Part shown: one piece after another, positions 21,661 through 31,245 of the stretch
Layout: the number at the start of each line of letters is the position of its first letter
Numbering within the stretch: the stretch's first letter is position 1
Origin: Hylemonella sp.
Lineage (GTDB): Bacteria; Pseudomonadota; Gammaproteobacteria; Burkholderiales; Burkholderiaceae_C
Length of the DNA stretch: 64,000 nt
Assembly (NCBI GenBank): GCA_040377375.1
Contig: JBEIOV010000004.1
Coordinates: 66,249 to 130,248 of the forward strand
Direction of reading: 5' to 3'
Notes under the pieces: model-generated
What the model saw: only the letters and a program-made list of their open reading frames with translations
Database searches by the model: none
What the model was told of the DNA's origin: nothing
Made by a program: the position numbers and the translations under genes

Positions 21661-22809
21661 TCAAATCTCCTCGGGCCTCTTGGCGAATTCCATAACGGGC
21701 TTGAGCATCACTGTTCGCTGCTGGGCCATGCGTTCGCCAACACGGGTGCGGTCCTTGACATCACCGGCCAACTGGCCGCAAGCGGCATCGATGTCGTCGC
21801 CCCTTGTTTTGCGAATCGTTGTCACGATACCAGCATCGCTGAGGATTTTCGCAAATGCGATGACCCGACCCTGAGGGGAGCGCGTCAAGCCTGACTCCGC
21901 AAATGGATTGAACGGAATCAGGTTGAACTTGCACCAAACACCCCCTGTAGAGTATTTTCTGACAATATCCACCAGTTGCCTGGCGTGCTCTGGCTGATCG
22001 TTCACCCCATCGAGCATGCAGTACTCGAAAGTAATGAAGTCACGTGGGGCATGCGCAAGATAGCGGTTGCAGGCGTCCAACAACTCGGCTATCGGGTATT
22101 TGCGATTCAATGGCACAAGGTTGTCACGCAAAGCGTCATTGGGAGCATGCAATGACACGGCCAGCGCAACAGGACAGTCCAATGCCAGACGATCCATCAT
22201 GGGAACGACACCCGATGTGGACACCGTCACACGTCGCCTCGACAGGCCGTAGCCATGGTCATCCAGCATCACTCGCAAGGCCGGGACCAGCTCGTCGTAG
22301 TTTTGCAGCGGCTCGCCCATGCCCATCATCACCACATTGGTGATCACCCGGTCGCTCCTGCCCAGATGCTTGCGCAAGAAGTGCTCAGCAAACCACAACT
22401 GGGCCACGATTTCACCGGTTGTGAGGTTACGGCTGAAGCCCTGATGGCCCGTGGAACAGAAGCGGCATCCAACCGCACACCCCGCCTGCGAAGAGATGCA
22501 AAGCGTGCCGCGATCCTCCTCGGGAATGAAAACAGCCTCAACCGCATCACCGCCACCCACGTCAAACAGCCACTTGATGGTGCCATCAGACGACACCTGC
22601 TGCGATATGACATCCAGTCCCTTGACATGGGCTGACGTTGCAAGTTTTTCGCGCAATGACTTGGCGAGATCGGTCATCTCACTGAAGCGGGACGCGCCCC
22701 TCTGGTGAATCCAGCGGAACAGCTGGGTCGCTCGAAAACGCTTTTCCCCCAGCCGCTCGCAAAAAAGGGCCAACCCCTCAAGGTCAAAAGCGAGAAGATT
22801 GGCCGTCAT
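21661..22809 (-). CDS. rlmN: 23S rRNA/tRNA (adenine-C2)-methyltransferase RlmN (radical SAM)
   Basis: It has the radical-SAM cluster motif [11 protein letters not shown]. 382 aa. Confidence 0.95.
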   Translation of the reverse strand: MTANLLAFDLEGLALFCERLGEKRFRATQLFRWIHQRGASRFSEMTDLAKSLREKLATSAHVKGLDVISQQVSSDGTIKWLFDVGGGDAVEAVFIPEEDRGTLCISSQAGCAVGCRFCSTGHQGFSRNLTTGEIVAQLWFAEHFLRKHLGRSDRVITNVVMMGMGEPLQNYDELVPALRVMLDDHGYGLSRRRVTVSTSGVVPMMDRLALDCPVALAVSLHAPNDALRDNLVPLNRKYPIAELLDACNRYLAHAPRDFITFEYCMLDGVNDQPEHARQLVDIVRKYSTGGVWCKFNLIPFNPFAESGLTRSPQGRVIAFAKILSDAGIVTTIRKTRGDDIDAACGQLAGDVKDRTRVGERMAQQRTVMLKPVMEFAKRPEEI

Positions 22810-22895
22810 CGCATCGGCGCGGCACCGGACCGCCCCAAGCGCGCTGCAGCCCCCAAAAGGGACGGCGAAGCGCAGTGGAGCGTGGGGGCCATGTT

Positions 22896-23321
22896 TTAAC
22901 GTGAGTACACGTTCATGCCGGGGAAGAAAAAGGCGACTTCAACCGCAGCCGTTTCAGCGGCGTCGGAACCGTGCACAGCATTGGCATCAATGCTGTCGGC
23001 AAAGTCTGCCCGGATGGTTCCGGGGGCCGCCTTCTTGGGGTCCGTGGCACCCATCAGGTCCCGGTTCTTCAAAATGGCGTTCTCGCCTTCGAGTGCCTGA
23101 ATCATCACCGGACCGGAAATCATGAAATCCACCAAATCCTTGAAGAAAGGACGGGCCTTGTGCACTGCATAAAAAGCTTCAGCTTCCCTGCGCGAGAGGT
23201 GGGCCATCTTGGCGGCGACCACTTTCAGGCCGGCGGCTTCAAAACGCGCGTAAATCTGGCCAATCACGTTTTTGGCAACCGCATCGGGTTTGATGATGGA
23301 AAGGGTACGTTCGATAGTCAT
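22896..23321 (-). CDS. ndk: Nucleoside diphosphate kinase
   Basis: 141 aa starting [15 protein letters not shown]..., with the active-site block NAVHGSD. Confidence 0.97.
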   Translation of the reverse strand: MTIERTLSIIKPDAVAKNVIGQIYARFEAAGLKVVAAKMAHLSRREAEAFYAVHKARPFFKDLVDFMISGPVMIQALEGENAILKNRDLMGATDPKKAAPGTIRADFADSIDANAVHGSDAAETAAVEVAFFFPGMNVYSR

Positions 23322-23449
23322 GAGTTTTCCTGAATCTTTGGTTTTTTAGCTTTTTGCCTAATGGGCAAAGCTTTATATTTTAGCCTGTGCAAAAAACTTA
23401 CTGGATATATATGTATACGGGAAAAGACAGCTGCCTGGTCCCGTGGACT

Positions 23450-24841
23450 TCAACGCCCCCTGCCACCACCGCGCCGCTGTCCCCCACTGTTCCCGCCTGA
23501 GGGGCCTGCGCCGCGTCGTTGCCCCTGGCCCTGGCCTTGGCGCTGGCGCGAGAAACTGTCTGCTCCGATGTATCCAAATGCCGTTTTCATCGGATCCGGC
23601 TGGGACGCAGTCCGCTGACGTTCGCCCCGATCCCGCCCTTGGCCTGCGCCCAACCCCTGGCTGCCGCCGTTCGCACCGGTCTCCGGCACATTGCGCTGTC
23701 CGTTTCCAGAACTTCGAGCTCCCCCCGTACGCCCACCACGGCGCCGGTTGCGCCCCCCCGCCCCCTGGCCTGCACCATCCCGGCCAGGTTGCCCCTCGCT
23801 GCGGCTGCCGTCCTCATGCCGCCCTTGCGATCCGGATGTCTCGGCCGCTTGCATCAATGCCCGGATATCGCGCTCATCCAGTTCCAGCCATGCACCCCGC
23901 TTGAGCCCGCGTGGCAGCATCATGGCACCATAGCGAATCCGAATCAAACGACTGACAGCATGCCCCACGGACTCCAGCATGCGGCGCACCTCGCGGTTGC
24001 GCCCCTCGGAAATCGTGACGCGATACCAGCAATTCGAGCCCTCGCCACCGCCCTCTTCTATCGAGCTGAACTGGGCCATTCCGTCATCGAGCTTCACCCC
24101 GTCAAGCAATCTTTTCTTTTCCTCGCTGCTCAAAGCCCCCAGCACGCGCACGGCATATTCCCGCTCCAATCCGAATCGGGGATGCATTAATTTATTGGCC
24201 AGCTCCCCCGAACTGGTGAACAGCAGCAAACCTTCCGTGTTCAGGTCAAGCCGGCCTACGGCTTGCCACTTGCCCTGCTGCAGCTTGGGCAACCTTCGGA
24301 ACACCGTAGGCCGGTTCTGCGGGTCATCATTCGTAACCACTTCGCCGACCGGCTTGTGATATGCAATAACCCGGGCTGGTGGCGCATCGATACGAAACCG
24401 GATCGGCTTGCCATTGACCTTGACGTGATCCCCAAACTGGATGCGCTGGCCAATGTGCGCCGGTTCGTTGTTGACCGTGATTCGCCCCTCCATGATGAGT
24501 TGCTCCATCTCCAGTCGTGACCCCATGCCGGCCTGCGCCAGCACCTTGTGCAGCTTGGGCGTCTCGGCCAGAGGCGCCAGCACCCGCTTGGGCACCTGAA
24601 GATCGGTGCTTTCCTCGTCGGCATCAAACTGCCCCGACACCACATCGACAAAGTGATAGCCCCCCGTCGCCGTCTGCGATGCACCCGCGACAGCCTCAAC
24701 TGACGGCATCAGATCAGCCGGGCCTTCTGCCTCGGGCGCCTGAGCAACCCCTTCGTCCTTGCTGGAGACGACCGGCTCGCCATTGGCCCCGGAAGAATCC
24801 ATCACAACAGGCACGGGAGTGGCAGAGTTGTTCACGGTCAT
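23450..24841 (-). CDS. rluB: 23S rRNA pseudouridine synthase RluB-type, with long disordered N- and C-terminal extensions
   Basis: It has an S4 domain ([21 protein letters not shown]), the catalytic block [14 protein letters not shown] and an Arg/Gly-rich C-terminal tail of about 129 aa. Its ATG overlaps the scpB stop (ATGA). Confidence 0.85.
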   Translation of the reverse strand: MTVNNSATPVPVVMDSSGANGEPVVSSKDEGVAQAPEAEGPADLMPSVEAVAGASQTATGGYHFVDVVSGQFDADEESTDLQVPKRVLAPLAETPKLHKVLAQAGMGSRLEMEQLIMEGRITVNNEPAHIGQRIQFGDHVKVNGKPIRFRIDAPPARVIAYHKPVGEVVTNDDPQNRPTVFRRLPKLQQGKWQAVGRLDLNTEGLLLFTSSGELANKLMHPRFGLEREYAVRVLGALSSEEKKRLLDGVKLDDGMAQFSSIEEGGGEGSNCWYRVTISEGRNREVRRMLESVGHAVSRLIRIRYGAMMLPRGLKRGAWLELDERDIRALMQAAETSGSQGRHEDGSRSEGQPGRDGAGQGAGGRNRRRGGRTGGARSSGNGQRNVPETGANGGSQGLGAGQGRDRGERQRTASQPDPMKTAFGYIGADSFSRQRQGQGQGQRRGAGPSGGNSGGQRRGGGRGR

Positions 24842-25530
24842 GGTTGCGTCCCATTCAGGAGAAATAGTTCATCGTCCGGACCGGCTTGGCCAGGCAGGCC
24901 ATCTTGTGGCGCACGTTCGTCGAAGGTCAGCTGCGCGGTCGGGGTGGATTCCATTTGCAAAGCCGCCTGCGGCGCATCGCTGGCACCATTGAGCGACTCC
25001 AGAATGCCGGCCTGTTGAAGTGGTCCCTCCAGCAAGGGCAGTTGATCGAGGGATTCAATCCCAAGATCATCCAGAAATTGCTTGGTCGTCGCATAAAGAG
25101 CCGGCCGGCCGGCCGCTTCGCGATGACCGATCACCTCGACCCAGCCACGGTCTTCCAACTGCTTGAGAATGAGCGAATTGATGGTGACTCCGCGAATGTC
25201 TTCCATGTCACCGCGCGTCACCGGCTGCTTGTACGCAATGATTGCCAAGGTTTCCATTGTGGCCCGGCTATAGCGGGGGGGTTTTTCGGGGTGCAGTCGG
25301 TCAAGGTATTCCCGCATCTCGGGACGGCTCTGAAATCGCCAGCCAGATGCCACATTGACCAGCTCCACGCCGCGCTGAGCCCAGTCATGCTGCAGGTCCT
25401 GCAGCAGTTTTTTCAGGGTATCCGAGCCCAGTCCCTCATTGAAAAGAGCCCGCATATCGCGTACCTGCAGAGGTTGCTGCGAACATATCAAGGCGGTTTC
25501 TAGTACGCGCTTGGCATCCGCCGTATTCAT
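24838..25530 (-). CDS. scpB: Segregation and condensation protein B
   Basis: ORF 24838..25569 trimmed to the ATG at 25530 ([21 protein letters not shown]...). It has tandem winged-helix ScpB signatures ([29 protein letters not shown]). Confidence 0.85.
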   Translation of the reverse strand: MNTADAKRVLETALICSQQPLQVRDMRALFNEGLGSDTLKKLLQDLQHDWAQRGVELVNVASGWRFQSRPEMREYLDRLHPEKPPRYSRATMETLAIIAYKQPVTRGDMEDIRGVTINSLILKQLEDRGWVEVIGHREAAGRPALYATTKQFLDDLGIESLDQLPLLEGPLQQAGILESLNGASDAPQAALQMESTPTAQLTFDERAPQDGLPGQAGPDDELFLLNGTQP

Positions 25531-25668
25531 GGTCTTGTCATTCCGGGAAAAGGCATCATCAGGATGCAAAATCAGTGTGATTCAATTCGGGGCGCAGCCG
25601 GCGGACAGGCGTCTCCATCGCGCATACCCTCTGGCATGTGGAGCCGAGGCACAGGCTCTATTGAGCCA

Positions 25669-26679
25669 TTATTCGGCATTGTAGCTTAGCCCCCATGCCT
25701 GCAAGGCAGCATCAAAATCCCCTGGCAAGGGAGCCCAAAACACGAGCGCCTGCATCGTTACCGGGTGCACAAAGGCCAGGCGGCAGGCATGCAATGCCTG
25801 TCGCCGCATGCCTGCCGCGAGAGCACCGCCGTACAGCTCATCTGCCACCAGAGGATGCCCAATGGAAGCCAGATGAACCCGTATCTGATGCGTTCGCCCC
25901 GTATGCAGGGTGCATCTGACCAGGCAACCAAGCTCGCCATTTTGCAGAAGATCAACGCCTGTTTTGGCATATTTTCCGGGATTGCGGCTCAAGTCAACCA
26001 CCGCCATGCGCAAACGGTTGCGCGGATCCCGGCCAATGGGTGCCTCAATCTCCCGGCTCTGCGACCCGGCCCAGGGGCCGTGCGCAAGTGCCACGTATTG
26101 GCGACTCACCTCGCGGGCTGCGATCAACCGGACCAGGGCATCCATGACAGCACGGGTCCGGGCCACCACCATCAAGCCGCTGGTGTCCTTGTCCAGACGA
26201 TGGACAATGCCCGCGCGTGGCAGGAAAGATGCCCGCTCGTCCAAGCCGAGCAGGCCGTTGAGCAACGTGCCGCTCCAGTTGCCCGGCGCCGGATGAACGA
26301 CCAGTCCCGCCGGCTTGTTGATCACCAGCAAATGCTCGTCTTGAAAAACAATCTGCAGCGCCATCGCTTCCGGCTTGAAAGCCTGACTCTGTGGTGTCGG
26401 GCGCAACTCGATGACGCCCCGGTCTCCCGCCTTGACCCGCACCGATGGCTTGATGACAATAGCGCCATTGAATGTGACAGCACCGGCCTCGATCAATTGC
26501 TGCAAATAGCTGCGCGAAAATTCAGGCACCAACTCAACCAGCGCGCGATCCAGACGCAATCCATGCTGGCCTTCGCCAATGTCCCATTCGCGCCACTCGG
26601 CTTCGCTCCCCGCGTCAATTGCCTCATCCAGATCTTCGGTGGCAGGGGTGCTCGATATAATCAATTCTGAATTTTTCAA
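25669..26679 (-). CDS. rluD: 23S rRNA pseudouridine(1911/1915/1917) synthase RluD
   Basis: It has an S4 domain and the catalytic block HRLDKDTSGL. The start is TTG; no in-frame ATG precedes the conserved region. It is divergent from bamD, as in E. coli. Confidence 0.9.
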   Translation of the reverse strand: MKNSELIISSTPATEDLDEAIDAGSEAEWREWDIGEGQHGLRLDRALVELVPEFSRSYLQQLIEAGAVTFNGAIVIKPSVRVKAGDRGVIELRPTPQSQAFKPEAMALQIVFQDEHLLVINKPAGLVVHPAPGNWSGTLLNGLLGLDERASFLPRAGIVHRLDKDTSGLMVVARTRAVMDALVRLIAAREVSRQYVALAHGPWAGSQSREIEAPIGRDPRNRLRMAVVDLSRNPGKYAKTGVDLLQNGELGCLVRCTLHTGRTHQIRVHLASIGHPLVADELYGGALAAGMRRQALHACRLAFVHPVTMQALVFWAPLPGDFDAALQAWGLSYNAE

Positions 26680-26693
26680 GAAAGTTGTCCCTC

Positions 26694-27500
26694 ATGCTTC
26701 GAGCCAAATTATCGGTTGCCGGCGTCCTGTTGATGACAGGCGCGACATTGCTGCTTGTGGGATGCTCATCGACACCAGAGGACGCGACCGCCAACTGGAG
26801 TCCAAACAAGATCTACGCCGAGGCCAAGGATGCCGTAAGCACTGGCGCGTACGACAAGGCCGTGCCACTGTTTGAAAAACTTGAAGGTCGTGCCGCCGGA
26901 ACGCCATTGGCACAGCAGGCGCAACTCGACAAGGCGTATACCCAGTACAAGGCCGGTGAACCGGTGCAGGCCATTGCCACCCTGGATCGTTTCATCAAAC
27001 TTCACCCTGCCAGCCCGGCACTTGATTACGCTTTCTACCTCAAGGGTATTGTCAACTTCAACGAGGACCTGGGCCTGTTTTCATCCATTACCCGCCAGGA
27101 TCTCTCTGAGCGAGACCAAAAAGCGGCCAAGGAATCCTTCGACGCATTCAAGGAGCTTGTTGCCCGGTTTCCCATGTCGCGTTACACACCCGACGCACGC
27201 CAGCGCATGACCTACATTGTCAACTCGCTGGCTCAGTATGAGGTCCATGTCGCTCGCTATTACTATAGCCGGGGCGCCTATCTGGCGGCCATCAACCGCG
27301 CTCAGCTGGCGCTGACTGAGTACCGCGAGGTACCGGCCCTGGAAGAAGCCCTTTTCATCATCATGAAATCCTATGACGCCCTGGGCATGACGCAATTGCG
27401 TGATGATGCAAAGCGGGTGATGGAAAAGAACTACCCGCAAAGCGAGTACCTGAGCCAGGGTTTCAAATCCAGCTCTGATCCTTGGTGGAAGCTCTGGTAA
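26694..27500 (+). CDS. bamD: Outer membrane protein assembly factor BamD
   Basis: ORF 26685..27500 trimmed to the ATG at 26694 (MLRAKLSVAGVLLMTGATLLLVGCSS, with a lipobox). It has TPR-like repeats. Confidence 0.9.
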   Translation: MLRAKLSVAGVLLMTGATLLLVGCSSTPEDATANWSPNKIYAEAKDAVSTGAYDKAVPLFEKLEGRAAGTPLAQQAQLDKAYTQYKAGEPVQAIATLDRFIKLHPASPALDYAFYLKGIVNFNEDLGLFSSITRQDLSERDQKAAKESFDAFKELVARFPMSRYTPDARQRMTYIVNSLAQYEVHVARYYYSRGAYLAAINRAQLALTEYREVPALEEALFIIMKSYDALGMTQLRDDAKRVMEKNYPQSEYLSQGFKSSSDPWWKLW

Positions 27501-29475
27501 GCGCATCGACCGCTTCAAGAAACTCCTCCCTGGTCTTGATTTTTCGCATCGGTGGCAAAGCTGCCAGCAAGCGACGTCCGTAGCCCATATGGACCAATCG
27601 GCTATCGCACACCACCAGGACACCCCGATCTGACTCGCGGCGTATCAGGCGCCCGGCGCCCTGTTTGAGCGCAACGGCCGCCTCAGGTACAAAGTAGTCG
27701 TTGAATGGACTGCGTCCCGCTTTCTCGAGCCGGCTGGATCGTGCTTCCACCAGCGGATCGTTGGGCGGTGGAAATGGAAGCTTGTCGATGACGACCATCT
27801 GCAAAGCGTCACCCGGCACATCCACGCCCTCCCAGAAAGACGCCGATGCCACCAGGATGCACCCCGCCCGCCCGCCAGAAGCTCCCTCGCTGAACCGTTC
27901 CATCAGTTGGCGCTTTGGCAACTGCCCCTGTACCAGGACTTCCACAAGCGTTGACTCCCCCAAATGCACCTGCAACGCTTCGCTGATGGCCCGCAAGGCC
28001 CGCAGGGTCGTCGTCAGGACCAGGGTACGCCCACCGATCAAGGGCGCCACCCTGGCAACCAGATCGGCTACCCGGGCGCTGTGCGTGGGGTCACCTGGTT
28101 TGGGCAGATCGGGCGGCACATACACCGCGGCCTGTCGCGCATAATCAAAGGGACTTCCCATCCTCAGGATTTCCGCCCCGCCCAGGCCGCAAGGCTCGGT
28201 GAACCAACGTAACTGGGGATCATCCCCCAACGTGGCCGATGTAAATATCCATGACCGTGACGATGCGTCCGCCTCTTCCGGCCGAAGCAGCTTGGTCTGA
28301 ATCGCCTGCGCGATATCCAGCGGTGATTCAACCAGCCGGAGCTGCGCGCCGACATCCAGCCAGCGCACTGATTCTGGTTCACAGCGCCGCGCGAAGAAAT
28401 CAACCGTCCCGGCAAGAGCGGTTGCCCGTTCATGAAGCCGCACAAAGTCCGGCGCGATTTCACGAACCGTATCCAGCGCAAGCATGGCGCGCGTGCATGC
28501 CCCCTGGAGCGTGTCCAGCGCCTCCACCCAGTCTTGTTCCGCCACCCCCTCGGGCGCCACGCTGGTCCAGCGCAGTTTGGCGCCGGGATAGGACTTGCCC
28601 AGCACCAGCCGCAAATCACGCGCGGCCCGCTCGGCATCCGCCACCACTTGATGCCAGTCCATCAATCCGCGCGCCAGCTGCAAGCCACAGGCCAGCATGT
28701 CACGCGCAAAGTCAATGACTTGTCCAGTTGTCAAGTTTCGCCCAAGAAACTGCACACCGGTTTCATTGAGTTGGTGCGCCTCGTCAAAAATCACGGTTCG
28801 GACCGAAGGCAGCAACTCGGCCATACCCGATTCACGCACCGCCAGATCGGCAAAAAACAAATGATGATTGATCACCACCACATCAGCAGCCAACGCCTCC
28901 CGTCTGGCCAGATTGACGTGGCAAGCCCGAAATTTTGGACACTGCGCACCAAGACAGTTGTCACGCGAGGAGGTAACCAATGGAATCAGCGGCGAGCGCT
29001 CATCCAGCCCGGGCAGTTCTGCCAGATCGCCGGTCCGGGTGACATGGGACCACTCCTCAATCTTGGCCAGAGACCTTTGGGCAGGGCGGTCCGGCGAGAC
29101 TGCGTCTTGGCGCGCCAGCTCCAGGCGATGCAGGCAAAGATAGCTGCCACGCCCCTTGAGCAGCGCAGCGCGCACGGGCAAGCCCAGGGCACGCACCAAA
29201 CGGGGCAAGTCTCGTCCAAAGAGTTGGTCCTGCAAGGTCTTTGTCGCCGTGGACAACAATACACGCTCGCCACTGAGCAAAGCGGGTACAAGATAGGAAA
29301 AAGTCTTGCCAATCCCGGTACCGGCCTCCACCACCAGCACGCCGCCGGCGTCAATGGTCCGCGCCACCGCCATGGCCATGTCTGTCTGGCCATCCCTCGG
29401 GCTGAATTCTTCGACCGTGCGGGACAGCAGACCGCCCGGCGCAAACGCCTCGCGAACAAGATCGTGCAAGCTCAT
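27463..29475 (-). CDS. dinG: ATP-dependent DNA helicase, DinG/YoaA (XPD-like) family
   Basis: It has Walker A EAGTGIGKT, the DEAH box FDEAHQL and the Fe-S Cys cluster region CLGAQCPKFRAC. Its 3' end overlaps the bamD 3' end by 38 nt (convergent). Confidence 0.85.
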   Translation of the reverse strand: MSLHDLVREAFAPGGLLSRTVEEFSPRDGQTDMAMAVARTIDAGGVLVVEAGTGIGKTFSYLVPALLSGERVLLSTATKTLQDQLFGRDLPRLVRALGLPVRAALLKGRGSYLCLHRLELARQDAVSPDRPAQRSLAKIEEWSHVTRTGDLAELPGLDERSPLIPLVTSSRDNCLGAQCPKFRACHVNLARREALAADVVVINHHLFFADLAVRESGMAELLPSVRTVIFDEAHQLNETGVQFLGRNLTTGQVIDFARDMLACGLQLARGLMDWHQVVADAERAARDLRLVLGKSYPGAKLRWTSVAPEGVAEQDWVEALDTLQGACTRAMLALDTVREIAPDFVRLHERATALAGTVDFFARRCEPESVRWLDVGAQLRLVESPLDIAQAIQTKLLRPEEADASSRSWIFTSATLGDDPQLRWFTEPCGLGGAEILRMGSPFDYARQAAVYVPPDLPKPGDPTHSARVADLVARVAPLIGGRTLVLTTTLRALRAISEALQVHLGESTLVEVLVQGQLPKRQLMERFSEGASGGRAGCILVASASFWEGVDVPGDALQMVVIDKLPFPPPNDPLVEARSSRLEKAGRSPFNDYFVPEAAVALKQGAGRLIRRESDRGVLVVCDSRLVHMGYGRRLLAALPPMRKIKTREEFLEAVDALTRASTKDQSWI

Positions 29476-29478
29476 CCG

Positions 29479-29682
29479 TCAGGCAGGCTCGTTGGGAGTC
29501 AGTTCCCGCTCAAGCCGGGCCATCTCATCACGCAAAGCCAGGCGCCTTTTTTTCAGACGGCGCATCATCAGCTCGTCAAGCGGTATTTCAATACCCGTAC
29601 GATCTATCAAGGCGTCAAGATCGGCATGCTCAATTCGCAATTCGATCAGGCGACGTTCCGGAGAATGCAGATTGGAGTCCAA
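29479..29682 (-). CDS. DUF465 (YdcH-like) small protein
   Basis: 67 aa. The segment LRIEHADLDALI...DELMMRRLKKRRLALRDEMARLE matches the DUF465 pattern as I remember it. It has a TTG start and lies 3 nt after the helicase start. Confidence 0.65.
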   Translation of the reverse strand: MDSNLHSPERRLIELRIEHADLDALIDRTGIEIPLDELMMRRLKKRRLALRDEMARLERELTPNEPA

Positions 29683-29798
29683 GGATTTGAGCGGGAAAAA
29701 GCACTCCGCGGGATGGAGCTGAGTTGATTCGTGAGTTGGTTCGATAATACGTCTTTAACACGCATTTATCGAGCGCTTTGTTTTCCGGACAACTCCAC

Positions 29799-30563
29799 AT
29801 GACCAAAAGCTATCGACTCACCGCTGCAACGGGAATTCACAAGGGCGACCGCGACTATCAGCAGGATCAGGTTGCCTTGTTGAAGCATCCGCGAGCCAAC
29901 GGCTGCGTCCTGGCCGTCGTCGCTGATGGCATGGGGGGGCTCAGCGGCGGCCGCAAGGCATCCGATCAGGCCATGATGACGGCAAAACAACTCTTTGAGC
30001 GCTATGTTCCCGAAACCGATGCCCCCGCCTCCATACTCAGGCAACTGGTGCAAGAGGCCCATCTCGTTATCAAACTGACTGCTATCTCCTCGGAAGAACA
30101 GCCCCACAGCACCCTGGCCGCGTTCCTCATCAATCCGGATGGGGAATGCCACTGGATTCATGTGGGCGACTCACGCATCTATCATTATCGGAACAACCGG
30201 TTCATCAAGCGCACCACGGACCACTCCTATGTCCAGACGCTGGTCGACCAGGGGACCATTACTGAAGAAGAGGCCAACGTCCATCCCGAATCGAATGTCC
30301 TCATGGGTTGCCTGGGAACTGAACGCGACCCGCCCATGGGCACTCATTTCATCGCGACCCTGGAGCCCGGTGACATCCTGATGGCGTGCAGCGATGGCGT
30401 CTGGCACTACTTCGACAACGATGAGTTGGGCGCAGCCCTCTCGTCCCTGTCTCCTCGGGAAGCAAGCGAGTTCTTGATACAAAAAGCCCGCTCCCGCGGT
30501 CATGGCGGGGGGGACAATCTGTCCTTGGTCATTGTCAAGCTGGAATCCCTGGACAACGAGTAA
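29799..30563 (+). CDS. PP2C-family Ser/Thr protein phosphatase
   Basis: ORF 29778..30563 trimmed to the ATG at 29799 (MTKSYRL...). It has metal-binding motifs VADGMGG, HVGDSR, CSDGVW and GGGDNLS. Confidence 0.85.
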   Translation: MTKSYRLTAATGIHKGDRDYQQDQVALLKHPRANGCVLAVVADGMGGLSGGRKASDQAMMTAKQLFERYVPETDAPASILRQLVQEAHLVIKLTAISSEEQPHSTLAAFLINPDGECHWIHVGDSRIYHYRNNRFIKRTTDHSYVQTLVDQGTITEEEANVHPESNVLMGCLGTERDPPMGTHFIATLEPGDILMACSDGVWHYFDNDELGAALSSLSPREASEFLIQKARSRGHGGGDNLSLVIVKLESLDNE

Positions 30564-30600
30564 GCCGCTCCAAGATCCAGGGCCATCGGACACCCCAGCG

Positions 30601-31245
30601 TCAATTGGGAACTGGCAACGGCTTGGCGGGCGGGTCGGGATTCTCGGCAAGACTCTTGGCACGGCTTGCCTTGCGCTCCTGGGCTTCCCGCTGTTTTTCG
30701 TCATACTTTTTCTGCTCCTCCGCAACAGAAGCAGCCTTGCTGCCCCGCTGCGCCGCCGCCTCCGCACGGCGAGCTGCGCCCTCCTCGTGCTCCTGGAGAG
30801 CAGCCGCTTCTTTTGACGCGGCATCGATACGGCCTTGCACTTTTTCGTCCGCACGTTGCTGGCGCTCCTGCTGCGCCTTCAGGGCCTCCATACGCCGGTC
30901 CGCGGCTTCCTGCAAAGCCTGTGGTGAAGATCTTTCCTCGATGCGCGTCAACTGATCAGCAGCCTTACGTTTGCGCTCTTCATCATTGAGTGAAATTTCC
31001 TGGCGTCGCAAGTCTGCCATGGTTTCACGGCGACGAACCCGGACTTCATTGAGACAGCTGTTGACGGCAAACTTGCGGTAGCACGCGGCTTCTTCGCCTG
31101 CATAACGAACCTCCTCCTGGCTTCGGGCGGCCTGGATTCGGTTACGTTCAGTCTCAAACGAGGCATCTTCGCCACCTTCCGTCGGCTGCGGATAAACCGG
31201 CACAGCCAAGACCATGAGCGTCAGTGCAAGCAGGAGAATTTTCAT
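30601..31245 (-). CDS. Secreted coiled-coil hypothetical protein (214 aa)
   Basis: It has the signal peptide MKILLLALTLMVLAVPVYPQP and the Cys pair CYRKFAVNSC. These are followed by about 150 aa of E/R/K/A/Q-rich sequence and a PDPPAKPLPVPN tail. Its ATG overlaps the zapE stop (ATGA at 31242-31245). Confidence 0.6.
   Translation of the reverse strand: MKILLLALTLMVLAVPVYPQPTEGGEDASFETERNRIQAARSQEEVRYAGEEAACYRKFAVNSCLNEVRVRRRETMADLRRQEISLNDEERKRKAADQLTRIEERSSPQALQEAADRRMEALKAQQERQQRADEKVQGRIDAASKEAAALQEHEEGAARRAEAAAQRGSKAASVAEEQKKYDEKQREAQERKASRAKSLAENPDPPAKPLPVPN

Noticed and set aside
23340-23375. Imperfect inverted repeat AGCTTTTTGCC-TAAT-GGGCAAAGCT between rluB and ndk, considered as the rluB terminator.
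   Set aside because: On the transcribed (minus) strand the hairpin is followed by an A-run, not a U-run, and the stem has a 2-nt bulge. It is more likely part of the ndk promoter region.
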